The notes: a model not told the origin generated them from the letters alone. 64,000 nucleotides of DNA from Minisyncoccota bacterium (GCA_041663025.1 JBAZRE010000001.1:5912-69911), one strand, 5' to 3'. Counted from the first letter of the stretch, positions 35,821 through 46,223 are shown. Made by a program: numbers and translations.

Positions 35821-37502
35821 GGTTTTGGTGGTTCTCCAGCAGACGGAACAAGAGCGGCGGCGCGTTCGCTCGGTGTACGGATGAGCTTACTGATGGCATT
35901 GACTACGATACGAAATTCTTCGTTCTGGGTGAGATAGAGTGCGAACGCCGCCGCAATAAGACCGACCACCCCAGCAACCAACCCTTGTGTGAGGACTGAT
36001 GCAAGTGTTGTGAGTGGTGCGATGCCACCTTCAAAGGAGAGGGTTACATATGCCGCCGCGCCGCCAGCGATTGCAGCAATACAGCCGTCAAGGAGCGGTC
36101 GTGCAAGTGTACGCGCGAGAGCTGGAGAGACACTGCGAAGCGCCACGAGAGAAAGAACGGCTAAGAATATCTGGCCGAGTGTTGCCGCAAGTGCTAAAAG
36201 TAGGATGGCCGTCCCCGGTACATCACCGACGCGCAAGAGAGCGGCAAGCGAAGCAGGCATTCCTGCAGGCGGAAAAGAAAGAAACAGTACAGCGAGAAAT
36301 ACGGTGAGTAATGCTCCTGCAGATTGATACGCGAGCGGTCGCCATGATTGGCGTACTGCATACAATGCACGTGAGAATAGGAGCACGAGCCCTTGTGCGA
36401 CAAGCCCAACTGCAAGAATGGCCAGAAGTGCTGCAGTGAGTCGTGTCGCGTCCCAATCAAAGGCACCCGTTCCAAGAATCACGCGCACGATATGCGCACG
36501 CAGGACCGTGATGAGGCCGAGCGAAACAACGGACCAGAGGATAATATGCCGTGCGCTCGCAGATAGAATATTGGTAAACTCCTCACGTCGCTCAAGAGCT
36601 GATGCCTCAGAAAGTGCAGGAAACGCTGCAATGGCATACGAAGCCCCAATGAGCGAGAGCGGAACCGCCTCGAGATTACTAGCAAGAGTGAATACAGAGA
36701 CCGATCCTGAGCCAATCCTAGAAGCAAATGATGTTAAGAAAAGTGCGGTAATTGAGCCCATACCAAGCGCGAGCGAGCGAGGAATAGAGTCTCGAATGAC
36801 CGGCACCATAATAGCGAAGCTCGGTATACGGAAGTGTGGCACAACATCCGCTTCTATAAGCACAGGAATATTGACGGCGAGATAGGCAATCGCGCCAATC
36901 ACGACGCCCATTCCTATTCCAGGCAAACCAAAGTATGGATAAAGCAAAACTGCACCGAGAATAATGCCGAGGTTATATAGAACTGGCGATGTGGCGAAGA
37001 GCATAAAGCGCCGATGCACCTGCGTTACGCTCGAGAACACACCAGAAAGTCCCAACAAAATTGGTTGTATCAATAAGATACGTCCGAGAAGAATGAAATC
37101 GGACTGGTACGGAGAAGCAACAAGATTTGGATACAGAAGAGCTAAGAATTGAGGCATGAAGATAGCGAGGGCAACGCAGATCAAACCGCCAACACCGAAT
37201 AGAAATGTTGCTGATTCGGATAGGAGCCGACGCGTCGCTTCCCTATCCATTCCAGTAATGCGTGGAATGATGACATACGCGCTCACAAGCGAGGATACAA
37301 GGGCGAAGACAAGATCTGGCACACGAAATGCTGAGTAGTAGAGGTCGAGCACCTGCCCTGCACCAAAAGAATGTGCAAATACCCTGTCGCGCAAGAGCGC
37401 GAGAGCCTGAGAAGCAAGCGTGAGTCCGGCCAGCAAATACGCGGCCTGATGCAGGCCGCGTATTGGTGCCGCGATGCGCTCGAAGATTCGTCGAACCATC
37501 AC
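35817..37502 (-). CDS. murJ: Lipid II flippase MurJ/MviN
   Basis: LLRDRV.A..FG....D.Y..AFR.PD, YNLGII; many TM helices. Confidence 0.85.
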   Translation of the reverse strand: MMVRRIFERIAAPIRGLHQAAYLLAGLTLASQALALLRDRVFAHSFGAGQVLDLYYSAFRVPDLVFALVSSLVSAYVIIPRITGMDREATRRLLSESATFLFGVGGLICVALAIFMPQFLALLYPNLVASPYQSDFILLGRILLIQPILLGLSGVFSSVTQVHRRFMLFATSPVLYNLGIILGAVLLYPYFGLPGIGMGVVIGAIAYLAVNIPVLIEADVVPHFRIPSFAIMVPVIRDSIPRSLALGMGSITALFLTSFASRIGSGSVSVFTLASNLEAVPLSLIGASYAIAAFPALSEASALERREEFTNILSASARHIILWSVVSLGLITVLRAHIVRVILGTGAFDWDATRLTAALLAILAVGLVAQGLVLLFSRALYAVRQSWRPLAYQSAGALLTVFLAVLFLSFPPAGMPASLAALLRVGDVPGTAILLLALAATLGQIFLAVLSLVALRSVSPALARTLARPLLDGCIAAIAGGAAAYVTLSFEGGIAPLTTLASVLTQGLVAGVVGLIAAAFALYLTQNEEFRIVVNAISKLIRTPSERAAALVPSAGEPPKP

Positions 37503-37558
37503 TCTATATTATCCTAATTGTTACTACCAAGCGAGTGAGGATAGGGATAGATTTTAGC

Positions 37559-39979
37559 TTATTGATTAACCGTGGTTGGAGATGCGGAGAGGAGATTTGC
37601 TGGAAATGGATTCTTCCCAGCGGTTAATTCGGCCAGTTGAGAAGCAACTGCTGTCGCATTTTCGCTCGACATTGCGGCGATTGCCTGCATTTGTTCGAGT
37701 GCTTGTGGCATATTGCCCTGTTTCGCATAGACCGCTGAGAGGAAATAACGCGCATTCGCGAACTGCGGGTTTGCAGTCACTGCCGCCCCGAGTGCGGCGA
37801 TAGCATTTGCGAGATCACCTTGTGCCGCATAGAGGATGCCAACTTGGAAGAGAATATCTGGGTTATTCGGCGTGAAGTAGGCAGCCGCTAGAGCGGAGGT
37901 AAGTGCCTCTTTCACATTACCGTCCTGCACCTGAAGTCTTGAGAGGAGGAAGATAGCGGCCGTGTAGTCCTGCTTCAGTGTTATAGCGGCCTTCAGATCT
38001 TCTTGAGCTGCCTTGGTGTTTTTGTTTGCGATATCGAGCTGCGCGAGGATATAGAGAATTTGTGGATTTGTCGGATTAAGTGCTTTTGCTTTGTCGTACG
38101 CTGTCTTAGCATTGTCGTAGGCACCAGAAACTCCAAGTGGCACTGCTTGGGCGTATAGATTTCCCAGGACGAGCCAATTCTGATAGTCAGAAGGGGCGAG
38201 ACTGGTCGCGGTTAATGCCGCGTTTATGCCTGACGAGAGTGCCGCTTGGAATGCGGCCTGTGCTGCGGCTGCAGGCATTGTTGAAGAAGCTGCTATTTGA
38301 TTGAGACGCGCGTTCGCAACGCCTGACTCAATTTGATAGGCAGCTGCGCTCGGTGCGAATGCTGTTGAATTTCGCGCCGCAGCATCAGCCGCATCAAGAT
38401 TCCCAGCAGCGAATGCTGCACCGGCGTTTGAGAGTTCAACGGCAGCAATAGAACGACCTACCAGCGCATAGGCGGCAACAACTGATGCGAGCAAGAGGAG
38501 TGTGAGTGAGAAAACGATCACGAAACCAATCCGTGGACTTCGTGAGAATATGATGCCCCACTGTCGACCTCTAGCGGCAAAGCGCATGGTAGAGATGAAT
38601 AGACCCGTGAAGACGAAAGCGAGCATTAGAGTAACCGAATTCGGCAAACCGAATATTGCAATAATGAAGAGGTAGAATGCTGCAACAAACGAGAGTATCG
38701 CAATGTAGCGAATAAACGCGTCTTGTGGCGCACGGAGGATAAGCATACGTAGACCGAACACGATAAGAACAGTGAGGAACGTGACCCACGCAAGTATTCC
38801 CACAATACCAGTTGTCACGAACGAAGTCGGAATAAATCCAATACCAGATGAGAAGTCAACATTCCAGAAGATAGTTGAATTCAGGGATACGTCACGATAC
38901 TTGAGCCACTCAACTCCGAACGTGCCGGGACCAGTGCCAAAGATAGGCGAGGTTGTATAGGCGTTGCGCGCAACAGAAAACGTTGACTGCCATGAAGGAC
39001 TCACCGAGAGCACGTTCACGTGGAGAGCATTCGCGAGAGCACTACCAAGCGTTCCCCCGATAAGGAAGAAGAGCGATACCGCGAGGACAAAGAGTGGGAG
39101 AACGAGTGAATGATTTGGTTCATCTATCTCGAGTGGCATTTCATCCACGGTACTTACTTCATCAAGATCAGTGTCAGAGGACTTCGGTCCGCGTTGCATC
39201 ACTGCTTCTACGAAGAGACCGAGTGATACTAATGCAATCAACACCCAAACTATAAAGGAGTTTGCGATGGCGAGAATGAAGAGCGCCAGAACACCACACG
39301 CAATAAGGGCGCGATGCGTACGCTGCTGAAGCTCGAGAAATCGTAATGTGATGAGGACGCACACGACTCCAAGCCCGAGAAGAAAAGCGAGATCTTGGAA
39401 GGAACCAACGATTGAAAACTCTGGTGAAATCGTTGACGAGAATTGTCCGCCAATGACGACGAGTGTTTCGAGAATGGCAGCAATCCCGAAAACAAAAGCT
39501 CCCCCACGCAGAAAGAGGTTGTAGTGTTCAGAGCGACGCAATGCGAGTGCTGTTAGAGTGCCAAGGACCGCTGCAACAAGCATAAAGCCGAGCGTATCAA
39601 CCTCAAGTGATGAACCCCACACTGCGCTAGCAATCGACACTCCAGAAAACGCGGACGAGAGTGCATATGCAATCACTGGCAACCAGAGTGCGCCAATAAG
39701 GATGCCTGGCGGTAGGATGATATTACCCCGCGCAAGACGCGCTAGTATGTAGAGCGCAAGCGTGATGAGCGCTCCAGCGGCGAGTAGATAGGTCTTTGCT
39801 GTTATGAGTGGAACTGCTGAGAACGGGACAAAAATAAATATGGACACTATAATTGTGGCGATAAGCGCCCAAATGCTCGTATTCTCAAGTGAACGACGCG
39901 GCTTGCTTTGAGTAACCTGTTCTGGGCTATACCGATTTGAATCGAACGATGGGACGGTTGTTGATTGTTGTTGAAACAT
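37559..39979 (-). CDS. Polytopic membrane protein with C-terminal TPR repeats (O-antigen ligase-like N-terminus)
   Basis: Many TM helices, PIFG.GPGTF, TPR repeats. Confidence 0.65.
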   Translation of the reverse strand: MFQQQSTTVPSFDSNRYSPEQVTQSKPRRSLENTSIWALIATIIVSIFIFVPFSAVPLITAKTYLLAAGALITLALYILARLARGNIILPPGILIGALWLPVIAYALSSAFSGVSIASAVWGSSLEVDTLGFMLVAAVLGTLTALALRRSEHYNLFLRGGAFVFGIAAILETLVVIGGQFSSTISPEFSIVGSFQDLAFLLGLGVVCVLITLRFLELQQRTHRALIACGVLALFILAIANSFIVWVLIALVSLGLFVEAVMQRGPKSSDTDLDEVSTVDEMPLEIDEPNHSLVLPLFVLAVSLFFLIGGTLGSALANALHVNVLSVSPSWQSTFSVARNAYTTSPIFGTGPGTFGVEWLKYRDVSLNSTIFWNVDFSSGIGFIPTSFVTTGIVGILAWVTFLTVLIVFGLRMLILRAPQDAFIRYIAILSFVAAFYLFIIAIFGLPNSVTLMLAFVFTGLFISTMRFAARGRQWGIIFSRSPRIGFVIVFSLTLLLLASVVAAYALVGRSIAAVELSNAGAAFAAGNLDAADAAARNSTAFAPSAAAYQIESGVANARLNQIAASSTMPAAAAQAAFQAALSSGINAALTATSLAPSDYQNWLVLGNLYAQAVPLGVSGAYDNAKTAYDKAKALNPTNPQILYILAQLDIANKNTKAAQEDLKAAITLKQDYTAAIFLLSRLQVQDGNVKEALTSALAAAYFTPNNPDILFQVGILYAAQGDLANAIAALGAAVTANPQFANARYFLSAVYAKQGNMPQALEQMQAIAAMSSENATAVASQLAELTAGKNPFPANLLSASPTTVNQ

Positions 39980-40056
39980 GGGAATTTCTACTGTTCAGTA
40001 ATAATATTGTCAGTATAGCCCGCTATCTTCCCTGCATATGCCTTTTCCCCACCTTT

Positions 40057-40118
40057 CCGTAAGGTGACACCTTACGGTTTTTGGTATTTCCCCAGCTCCG
40101 TAAGGTGACACCTTACGG
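40057..40118. repeat. Two direct copies of REP family A
   Basis: CCGTAAGGTGACACCTTACGG at 40057-40077 and 40098-40118. Confidence 0.92.
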
Positions 40119-40155
40119 TTTCCCTCTAGGGCATGCTAGTATTAGCTCATTACAT

Positions 40156-40827
40156 ATGACAAAGAGAGATGCCCCGTTTGCTGTCGGCGAGTGGTACCAC
40201 TGCTACAACCGTGGTATTGAAAAGCGTACCGTGTTTGAAGATACCAGGGATTATCATCGCTTTCTCGAACTCCTTTACTTGGCAAATGATGAGTTCCCTC
40301 TCCGGCGTGAAGATATCGGCACATATAAATTTGAAGAAATATTAAAGATTCCCCGCGGCAAGAAATTGGTCGCCATTGGAGCGTTCTGCCTGATGCCTAA
40401 CCACTTCCATCTGGTGCTGAAGGAGATCTCGGAGGGAGGTATCACCGCATTTATGCGAAAAATCGGAACATCCTATACTTTGTATTTTAATGCACGGCAT
40501 GAGAGGACTGGAAACCTCTTCCTAAAGCCATTCCGATCCCTTCATGTATCTAACGACCGTTACTTCCAACACCTCATTAACTATGTTCACTGCAATCCAG
40601 CAGCTCTCTATGAACCTGGGTGGAAAACTAACCAGGTTGTGGACCCTCAATTCTTGGGAGAACAGATTGCAGCTTATCCATACTCAAGTCTTGGTGCCCA
40701 TACTGGTGCACACCCATCGACCAGACCCATCCTGGATGCAGAAGTATTCTCCATAACGCATACTGTTCGGATACAAAAGATGCTGCAAGAAGCACGACAG
40801 TATTACGCTGATTCTAATCTTCCGTAA
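40156..40827 (+). mobile_element. REP-associated tyrosine transposase (HUH/Y1, RAYT-like) 1
   Basis: YHCYNRG, CLMPNHFHL (HUH), YVHCNP, YSS; flanked by REP palindromes. Confidence 0.88.
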
Positions 40828-40874
40828 GGCCGTAAGGTGTCACTTTACGTCAGGCGTAAAGTGACACCTTACGG
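40822..40874. repeat. REP family A half-site plus inverted doublet
   Basis: CCGTAAGG, then CCGTAAGGTGTCACTTTACG-TCAGG-CGTAAAGTGACACCTTACGG. Confidence 0.9.
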
Positions 40875-40884
40875 AATATAGATG

Positions 40885-40893
40885 TGGTATAAT
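40885..40893 (+). promoter_or_regulatory. Extended -10 promoter of rnpB
   Basis: TGGTATAAT 6 nt upstream of the RNA 5' end. Confidence 0.75.
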
Positions 40894-40899
40894 GTGCCC

Positions 40900-41238
40900 G
40901 GACTGAACTAAGCGATCGCCCGCCAACATCTGCGAAGTTGTGGCGGGAGGAAAGTCCGAACATACTCCTGCCGTAAGGCGGGAAAATAGGTAGCGGGTAA
41001 CGCCCGTCGTCCGTGAGGATAGAGGTGACCACAGAAACGTCCTGAGCGAAAGTGAAGGAATTCCCTCGTGGAATACGCCCGTCGCGAGATGGGAATGCAA
41101 CGACTAAATCCTTACCCGTATGCAAGGCCGTGCCCGACCACACTTCGAGTGTGACGGGAGTGACGCTTAAGGCGTTGAGTAATTAACGGCTCAGATAAAT
41201 GATCGCTCACGACAGAATTCGGCTTATCGGCTCAGTCC
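40900..41238 (+). ncRNA. rnpB: RNase P RNA
   Basis: GAGGAAAGTCC and ACAGAATTCGGCTTA conserved regions; P1 pairing GGACTGA/TCAGTCC. Confidence 0.93.
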
Positions 41239-41246
41239 ACAAAGAT

Positions 41247-41278
41247 GCAATCGCCCGCGCTCCTGCGCGGGCGATTGC
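41247..41278. terminator. Hairpin between rnpB and the RNR gene
   Basis: GCAATCGCCCGCGC-TCCT-GCGCGGGCGATTGC. Confidence 0.7.
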
Positions 41279-43663
41279 TTATATGACTTCGCACGTGCCG
41301 CCGGCGCAGGCAAGTTCTTTCTTCATCTCTGTCTCATCATGAAGCTCATAGGCAACGAGTTTTGAATAATCCACTTTCGGGAAGCGACTCATACGCTCTT
41401 CATATTCTTCTTTTGTAATCGTTTCATAGGGCGCGAGGCGGTAAACGTGATTCGCGCGTGGGAGGAAGGATAGTCCGCCGATGATATCCCAATTCTTCTG
41501 AATCCAATCCACAACACTGATCCACTCGTCCTCGCTCACCGATATTGTCGCCGAAGGATTGTGTTCAGTGTAATTCAGCTTCACTTGTCTCCAATACTCA
41601 AGCTGGGCGAGCGCTGTCAGATCATCCTTAAATCGTGCCTCCTTTGAGTGATCGGGTGCCTTAACCGGGAATTCAAACACGAATGTATTTGCCTCCTCCA
41701 TTGATTGCCCTACTTCTGGATAACACGGCACGCCCTGGTCGCGCATCAATTTAAATAATGAGTCAGTCACACTAATCCTAACACGACGAATATAGTAGGG
41801 TGCGTGGCGTGGATGAATACCTGATGCACAGTTAAAGGTCTGTGAGACGGTACCCGATGGTTTCACTGCCGTTACCGCCATTGATCGCTCAATGCCGAAG
41901 CGCTTCGCATAGGTTGCGTTTGTCTTAATCGCCATATCACGAACTTTACGCATCACCTCTGGCTGTCGCGCGACAGGTGAATCCCACTGACCAGTAATAG
42001 AGACACCTAGCAAACGTTCCGCACGGCAATGGTCTGTCCATTCTTTAGAAATGTAGCCGAACTTCGTGAGTGTTGACTGATACGTGCCGAGAATTGCTGC
42101 GAGGCGCGCCTTTCGGATGAGTGATGCCTCGGTGTCGTGTGCACGCGCGATAATTTCTGAAAGGTTACAGAATTGCTTTGACTGCAAAATGATCTCGGCA
42201 CACGGATTAGCACCAATAGATCCGTGTACGATGCCGTCTTCTTCGATAAAGCCGACTTTTTTAAAGTATTCTACACGCCGTTTGGACATGGTGACTGCGA
42301 GTGATCCACGATTGAAGATTCCGCGCTCACCAGAACCGCTCTTCATAAGTGCGACCCATTCGTCCATAAGCTCGGAGTTGGTTGGCTGCATCTCGTACAC
42401 GGCTGAGTTGTTCGCGATCGAGCGATGTGGATCAGTCATATAGAACTGACCTTTTTTAGCATCGCGCATCTCGACATCATCGAGGTCGGAGAGTGAGATC
42501 ATGGCCGTGCGACGAACACCGCCCGCCACGACACATTCACCGATCTTGCAGATGACATCATGAGCATCGATGGTGCGCAAGCGACGGCCTTGGCGTGCGA
42601 GTACACGCTCTCGAGCAAACGAGAGGAGAGAACGGAGTGGTTCAGGACCGCTCGCCTTCCCTCCCATCGTCTTAAGACGAGCACCCGCTGGGCGGATCTG
42701 TGAGAAGTCAAAACTTATATCTTTACCGGCATACCATGTTTGGAGGCCGAGAGTTAGAGCATCACACCATCCTTCTTTTGAATCAGCGATGATGTGCGTC
42801 TGGAGCTTCTGCCCTTTCTGTTTCATGATCTGCGGGAGCTGTTCAACATTTTGGCTCTCGACTGCGAAGCCGACACCGCATCCTTGCATAGAGAGGTACA
42901 TGATCTCAGCGAAGTCTTCAAGCTTCACCGGCGCGGTGAATGTGCAGTTATAGGCGCAGGTATTGCATCGACGTGCTGCGTCTCCAGAGAACTGCATAAG
43001 TCGCATTGAGGGCATTACTTCTTGTTTCAAAATACCCATGCGCACTTCGGCATACTCTTTTTCAGTTAATTTGTTGCCGAGATTCTCGCGCATGAAGCTG
43101 ATATAACGATCTACGGTCTCTACCCATGTTTCGCGACGACCTTCTTCAGGAATCCATTTTGCATACGTACGCAGATAGACAAATTCGCCGAGTGAATTGC
43201 CTTCAAAATATTTTTTACTCTCCGCAGCAAGTTTGCGTACATGTTCTGGAATCTCGATATGCGACGCACGCAGTTGTGCACGCTTATCGCGATAGAGGAT
43301 GTAGGCTTTTGCCGTCTTCACATAATCATTGAGGATGAGATATTTCTCTACTGAGTCCTGCTGACCCTCAACGGTCGGGAGGAAGTTCTTATATTTTTTC
43401 GCAAACCGCCCCAGCTCACCAGCGACTTGATGCGCCACGAGCACTGCATCATCCTGACTTCCCTCCTCTGCCGCGATCATCGCCTTCCATATAGCGGTAA
43501 CAATTTTATCAAAATCAAATGGGACGAGTCGTCCATCGCGTTTTTCTATCTGCGGAATCATTTCGCGATAACGTCGTGTTTCTTTTGAGATTGGTGCCTC
43601 AGGTGCGTGAACAGCAGGAGGAATTGATTTTACTCGAACGGAAACGTGAGCTGTTTTTGGCAT
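41279..43663 (-). CDS. nrdJ: Class II (B12-dependent) ribonucleotide reductase with ATP cone
   Basis: KRDGR ATP cone, GGVRRTA, NPCAEI, KPSGT, C-terminal CAGGTCEV; no small subunit nearby. Confidence 0.85.
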   Translation of the reverse strand: MPKTAHVSVRVKSIPPAVHAPEAPISKETRRYREMIPQIEKRDGRLVPFDFDKIVTAIWKAMIAAEEGSQDDAVLVAHQVAGELGRFAKKYKNFLPTVEGQQDSVEKYLILNDYVKTAKAYILYRDKRAQLRASHIEIPEHVRKLAAESKKYFEGNSLGEFVYLRTYAKWIPEEGRRETWVETVDRYISFMRENLGNKLTEKEYAEVRMGILKQEVMPSMRLMQFSGDAARRCNTCAYNCTFTAPVKLEDFAEIMYLSMQGCGVGFAVESQNVEQLPQIMKQKGQKLQTHIIADSKEGWCDALTLGLQTWYAGKDISFDFSQIRPAGARLKTMGGKASGPEPLRSLLSFARERVLARQGRRLRTIDAHDVICKIGECVVAGGVRRTAMISLSDLDDVEMRDAKKGQFYMTDPHRSIANNSAVYEMQPTNSELMDEWVALMKSGSGERGIFNRGSLAVTMSKRRVEYFKKVGFIEEDGIVHGSIGANPCAEIILQSKQFCNLSEIIARAHDTEASLIRKARLAAILGTYQSTLTKFGYISKEWTDHCRAERLLGVSITGQWDSPVARQPEVMRKVRDMAIKTNATYAKRFGIERSMAVTAVKPSGTVSQTFNCASGIHPRHAPYYIRRVRISVTDSLFKLMRDQGVPCYPEVGQSMEEANTFVFEFPVKAPDHSKEARFKDDLTALAQLEYWRQVKLNYTEHNPSATISVSEDEWISVVDWIQKNWDIIGGLSFLPRANHVYRLAPYETITKEEYEERMSRFPKVDYSKLVAYELHDETEMKKELACAGGTCEVI

Positions 43664-43751
43664 GAACGGGGCAGTTAAGTTATCCTCTAATAATTCGTAC
43701 TTCTTACTGATAAGTTTACTCCTGTATGTGGGAAATGCCCTGTGGACAGCG

Positions 43752-44207
43752 TTACTCTGAAATGCTTGGGGAGTTTTTCAACAAGAGTAGTGTGCCTGTC
43801 GCAACGTTATGTGCGCGGGCGAATCCTGCAACGGTCTCAAGGACATATCGTGCCGGCACCGATGGATAAAAGACATTTGGATAACTTGATGTGGCAACGA
43901 TTTCTGCAATAGAGACGACTTGTCCTTTATCATCAAGCCAGAAGATATCAATGGGTACGAGCATATCCTTCATCCAAAAACCATATTTGCCATCCAGTAG
44001 AAATACGAAGAGCATTCCGTAGTCCTTTGGTATGCTCTCACGACCTCCTAACCCTCTCTCCTGAGCCACCGTTGACGTCGCATACTCGATCCTTAAGGAC
44101 ACCCCACCGAACTCCGCCGTCGGCGTCGGTAATGTTTTATAAACAAACGAAATCGCGATAATCGCTATCATAACTATCAGCAATCCTTCATAAAGATATC
44201 TCTTCAT
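43752..44207 (-). CDS. DUF192 family protein
   Basis: RGL..R....GMLF.F, FWMK.M..PIDI, YVLE..AG. Confidence 0.85.
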   Translation of the reverse strand: MKRYLYEGLLIVMIAIIAISFVYKTLPTPTAEFGGVSLRIEYATSTVAQERGLGGRESIPKDYGMLFVFLLDGKYGFWMKDMLVPIDIFWLDDKGQVVSIAEIVATSSYPNVFYPSVPARYVLETVAGFARAHNVATGTLLLLKNSPSISE

Positions 44208-44238
44208 AACTCATGTATTCTACTTGTTTTTCGAGCAC

Positions 44239-44267
44239 TTGACAAATTGACCTTGTGGGTGTATACT
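44239..44267 (+). promoter_or_regulatory. Sigma70 promoter
   Basis: TTGACA-17 nt-TATACT upstream of the ORF at 44331. Confidence 0.75.
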
Positions 44268-44330
44268 GGTAGCAGGTAGTAAGTTCTGTAAATACAGTAA
44301 ATAACCCATTGAAAAAATAGGAGGTGCGTT

Positions 44331-44633
44331 ATGAAGAGGTTTTTAGTTTGTTTTTTGGTGTTAGTGACGCTCGCTGCGCCGATGTCGGCTTCAGCACGCG
44401 GTGGATTCGGAGGAAGCGGTGAGGGTATCTGTTTGGGACTTGGACTCGGGGCTTTATTCGGCCTCGCGATGTCCCAGCCGCAACCAGTCTATGTGGCGCC
44501 GGTGCGACAACCAGCAATGTGCCTGACCCTGGTTCCCGTGTGGGGAATGCGATGGGATCCATACTCAGGTCGGTACGTTCAGGTACAGGTTGGAGAACGG
44601 TACGTCCGGATGTCCTGCCCTCCCGTCTACTAA
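44331..44633 (+). CDS. Small secreted Gly/Pro-rich protein
   Basis: AGGAGG SD, signal peptide (ASA|RG), glycine-zipper-like segment. Confidence 0.65.
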   Translation: MKRFLVCFLVLVTLAAPMSASARGGFGGSGEGICLGLGLGALFGLAMSQPQPVYVAPVRQPAMCLTLVPVWGMRWDPYSGRYVQVQVGERYVRMSCPPVY

Positions 44634-44655
44634 CGGAACGCCAGCATAACAGTCT

Positions 44656-44683
44656 TAGCCACTTGGAAGTTTTCAAGTGGCTA
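44656..44683. terminator. Bidirectional terminator
   Basis: TAGCCACTTG...CAAGTGGCTA. Confidence 0.7.
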
Positions 44684-44722
44684 TTCTTTTATTCGCCCGC
44701 GGAGTTTTTCGGCACTGAGGAT
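44681..44722 (-). pseudogene. Displaced duplicate of the gdh 3' end (att-like)
   Basis: Translates ILSAEKLRGRIKE*; gdh ends ILSAEKLRGRIK*; identical 17-bp core CCGCGGAGTTTTTCGGC. Confidence 0.8.
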
Positions 44723-44798
44723 TAAACCCTGAGCAAGGACTACCCTTGCTCAAATAAAAACAGAGGGATTGGCACACTGCCAATCCCTTCCTGCAATC

Positions 44799-44957
44799 CT
44801 AGTTACGGGCGAATCCGTATGAGAGGAATTCCTGTGACGACCTCCGGGCCATTTGAGCAATTGCGGCAAGCTCCTTTGCTTGAGCATTGCTTACTTGTGC
44901 CTTCAGGACTTTTCCTGTCTTCACATCGCGCAGGTTGTCAAAAACTATTGTCTTCAC
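44799..44957 (-). CDS. 52-aa small protein, possibly ribbon-helix-helix
   Basis: AAGGAGG SD, GTG start, MKTIVFDNLRDVKTGKVLKAQVSNAQAKELAAIAQMARRSSQEFLSYGFARN; terminator at 44764-44788. Confidence 0.55.
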   Translation of the reverse strand: MKTIVFDNLRDVKTGKVLKAQVSNAQAKELAAIAQMARRSSQEFLSYGFARN

Positions 44958-44993
44958 TTTTACCACCTCCTTTCCTCCCTTACTATATCACAA

Positions 44994-46223
44994 TTATTTA
45001 ATCCGGCCGCGGAGTTTTTCGGCGGAGAGAATACGGTTGACGGCGAGGATATAGGCCGCTTGGCGCAGGGTGACACTTCCCTTCTTCTCTTGGAATACTT
45101 CGTACATCCGCTGCCAATTGTCCTTCATCTTTTTTTCTAGCAAGCTGCGCAAGTAATCCTCCTCGAGAATCTGCCCAGTGCGATTCTGCGCCCATTCAAA
45201 ATAGCTTGCGATGACGCCGCCAGAGTTTGCGAGGATATCCGGGATCACCACTTTCTTGTTTGCTTCTAGAATGCCATCGGCATCATAATCAACTGGGCCA
45301 TTGGCTAATTCAATAATGTACTTTGCTTGAATGTTTCCTGCATTTGCTTTAGTTACCTGATTGCTTAAGGCCGCTAACACCAGAATGTCAGCTGGCAACT
45401 CAAGCAGCTCGGCATTGGTGACTTTTTCTCCTGCCTCATATTCGCAGACCTGCCGACCTTTTCTCTTACATTCGATAAGCCCAGGAATATTCAGACCTTT
45501 TTTATCGTAGATACCGCCCTTACTGTCAGAGACCGCGACGATCTTAAAGCCGTCTTGATGTAGCTTCTCTGCCATATAGAGCCCAGCGTTGCCAAACCCT
45601 TGAATAATGACACTTAGGTTCTTTTTGCCCGCCAAAAATGTCTCCACCATCTTCTTCGCTATTAAATAACCTCCCTGCGCTGTCGCGTCGCCGCGCATCG
45701 CGATACCGCCAAGCTCAACCGGCTTGCCGGTGATCATGCCTGGTTCATGATGCCCAACCTGCTTTTCAAATTCATCAAGCATCCACGACATGATCTGACT
45801 ATCGGTATAGACATCAGGAGCTGGGATATCTTTGTCCTGCCCAAGATAGGTATGAAATGCCTGAATATATTTGCGACTCACCTCCTCAAGCTCCGCCTTA
45901 TCAGCATCTTTTGGATTAAAACAAACACCTCCCTTCGCACCACCATATGGGATGTCTGCCAAAGAATTCTTCAATGCCATCCAGAAAGCGAGAGACTTCA
46001 CCTCGTCTTCGTCTACTTCAGGATGGAAGCGAATACCGCCCTTGCCTGGACCAAGAGCTCTATTGTAGACAATCCGCCACGCCGGATAGCGATTTCCCTT
46101 AATACTCAGCTCGGTGTAGTTAACCTGCACAGGGTCAAGCAACACCGCCATGTCGGTGTTGCTGATACTGGCTATCTTCTGGATATCATTCAAACGCTTC
46201 AGATTATCTTCAGTGATGCTCAT
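44994..46223 (-). CDS. gdhA: Glu/Leu/Phe/Val dehydrogenase (glutamate dehydrogenase)
   Basis: GPGKGGIRFHP, GGAKGG, DIPAPDV, QGFGNAG, ANSGGV..SYFEW; start placed at ATG 46223. Confidence 0.9.
   Translation of the reverse strand: MSITEDNLKRLNDIQKIASISNTDMAVLLDPVQVNYTELSIKGNRYPAWRIVYNRALGPGKGGIRFHPEVDEDEVKSLAFWMALKNSLADIPYGGAKGGVCFNPKDADKAELEEVSRKYIQAFHTYLGQDKDIPAPDVYTDSQIMSWMLDEFEKQVGHHEPGMITGKPVELGGIAMRGDATAQGGYLIAKKMVETFLAGKKNLSVIIQGFGNAGLYMAEKLHQDGFKIVAVSDSKGGIYDKKGLNIPGLIECKRKGRQVCEYEAGEKVTNAELLELPADILVLAALSNQVTKANAGNIQAKYIIELANGPVDYDADGILEANKKVVIPDILANSGGVIASYFEWAQNRTGQILEEDYLRSLLEKKMKDNWQRMYEVFQEKKGSVTLRQAAYILAVNRILSAEKLRGRIK

Noticed and set aside
40057-40118. Mini CRISPR array from two 21-bp direct repeats
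   Set aside because: Only two units with a 20-nt spacer, and the same motif occurs inverted and dispersed beside an HUH transposase, so it fits REP
40966-40984. CCGTAAGG inside rnpB as a REP-A half-site
   Set aside because: Explained by an ordinary GNRA (GTAA) tetraloop hairpin of RNase P RNA
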